From Methanoculleus frigidifontis (GTDB lineage: Archaea; Halobacteriota; Methanomicrobia; Methanomicrobiales; Methanoculleaceae): a stretch of 24,000 nucleotides of DNA. The DNA lies in the NCBI RefSeq assembly GCF_030464345.1, contig NZ_VCYH01000012.1, positions 30,094-54,093 of the forward strand. The letters run 5' to 3'. Positions 23,431-24,000 of the stretch are shown piece by piece. The translations under genes and the position numbers were made by a program. Each line of letters opens with the position of its first letter. The stretch's first letter is position 1. The notes under the pieces are model-generated. The model was given only the letters and a program-made list of their open reading frames with translations. It was not told the origin of the DNA and did not search any database.

Positions 23431-24000
23431 TCAATCCACCCAGAAATCGTGGACGGCAATAGTCAAGTCTGGCAGCGGAAATACGAGTGGACGATACGCG
23501 AGGCGGATGTTGTTACCGGCGGTTTACTGCCTGACGAGAACCGCATGATGCGACTTGAAGTTATTGAGGACGATGACGAGCCGTTTGTTTGGATTTGCCC
23601 TCCGATATTCTTTCAACACCTCCTGGATGTCTTCCTGTTTGGAGCGCTCCCGGAACGTGATGATGGACGTGCCGTTGACGGCAAAAATTGCGAAGGTATT
23701 GACCCGGATCTTTGCGGTATTCTTCATGAGCGGCGGGTGGTCGAACGACCACATCCGCTGGGTATTGGCGGTCGTCTGCAAAGAATACTCGTCCAGGAAC
23801 CCAAGCACCGTGTGCTTGCTCATCCGCGGGAATTTTTTTGAGCAGCCTCTTTGCATCCGCAGGTCTGCGATAATCTTGTGGATAAGGTTTCCTGTAGCAC
23901 ATGCCGAACGACTTCTGTGAGGGTCGTTTTCTCGAAGAATCCGGCCCTGATTGCTGACATATAAGTTTTGCTTAACCCATTTTGTATAGCACGCATCCAA
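23431..24000 (-). pseudogene. IS630-family (DDE) transposase, frameshifted/decayed, 5-prime part beyond the right edge
   Basis: The ORF 23524-24000 contains VLGFLDEYSLQ...RVNTFAIFAVNG...KRLVIVLNNFKSHH, which is IS630 DDE_3-like, with N where the second catalytic D is expected. It stops right after HH. A different frame continues NNIRLAYRPLVFPLPDLTIAVHDFWVD, a remnant of the L.YLPPYSPDLNPIE..W block, to the TGA at 23431. Confidence 0.55.

Larger units (their letters stand above)
23045..24000. mobile_element. low-GC island abutting the tRNA-Glu 3-prime end (putative integrated-element remnant)
   Basis: Composition changes abruptly at the tRNA. Hand counts give 42/60 G+C in 22801-22860 against 21/60 in 23101-23160. 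The content is an RHH regulator plus a decayed transposase. No integrase is seen inside the window. Confidence 0.45.

Noticed and set aside
23449-23841. 130-aa plus-strand ORF
   Set aside because: It is antisense to the IS630-like transposase remnant and has no motif, while the transposase frame has recognisable DDE-family blocks.
1-24000. CRISPR arrays, rRNA genes, inteins, and selenocysteine or pyrrolysine recoding
   Set aside because: There are no regularly spaced direct repeats and no rRNA-like segments. All called genes are uninterrupted by in-frame TGA/TAG, and no intein blocks appear in the large proteins.

Overview
High-GC archaeal chromosomal segment from a methanogen. This is inferred from a coenzyme F430 biosynthesis cluster, H4MPT-associated genes, a tungstate transporter and archaeal TATA/SD signals; Methanomicrobiales (Methanoculleus-like) is a guess. 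Left to right: tupB (partial)/tupA tungstate uptake (-), Acg-type nitroreductase, an unlisted 58-aa ORF, an iron-sulfur flavoprotein, a 1273-aa REC-GAF-6xPAS-histidine kinase, and a cluster-less MutY-like glycosylase. These are followed by a secreted 7-blade beta-propeller protein with a C-terminal dockerin, UV damage endonuclease uvdE, and eight tandem minus-strand single-domain fasciclin (FAS1) paralogs (11173-15174). Next come a minus-strand operon (DUS-like TIM-barrel/Cys-rich protein, CitG-like, DUF447), divergent cfbA-cfbE-cfbD-cfbB (no cfbC), ilvE and tRNA-Glu(UUC). Right after the tRNA the sequence switches to a low-GC island carrying a small RHH regulator with a conspicuous ACTGT/ACAGT operator array and a decayed IS630-like transposase. 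The most unusual element is the FAS1 battery. All eight copies lack any signal peptide or anchor, most have their own promoter, and they are strongly diverged, which the known extracellular adhesion role of fasciclin domains does not explain. The long antisense ORFs in the track are high-GC artefacts. No CRISPR, rRNA or recoding signals were seen.
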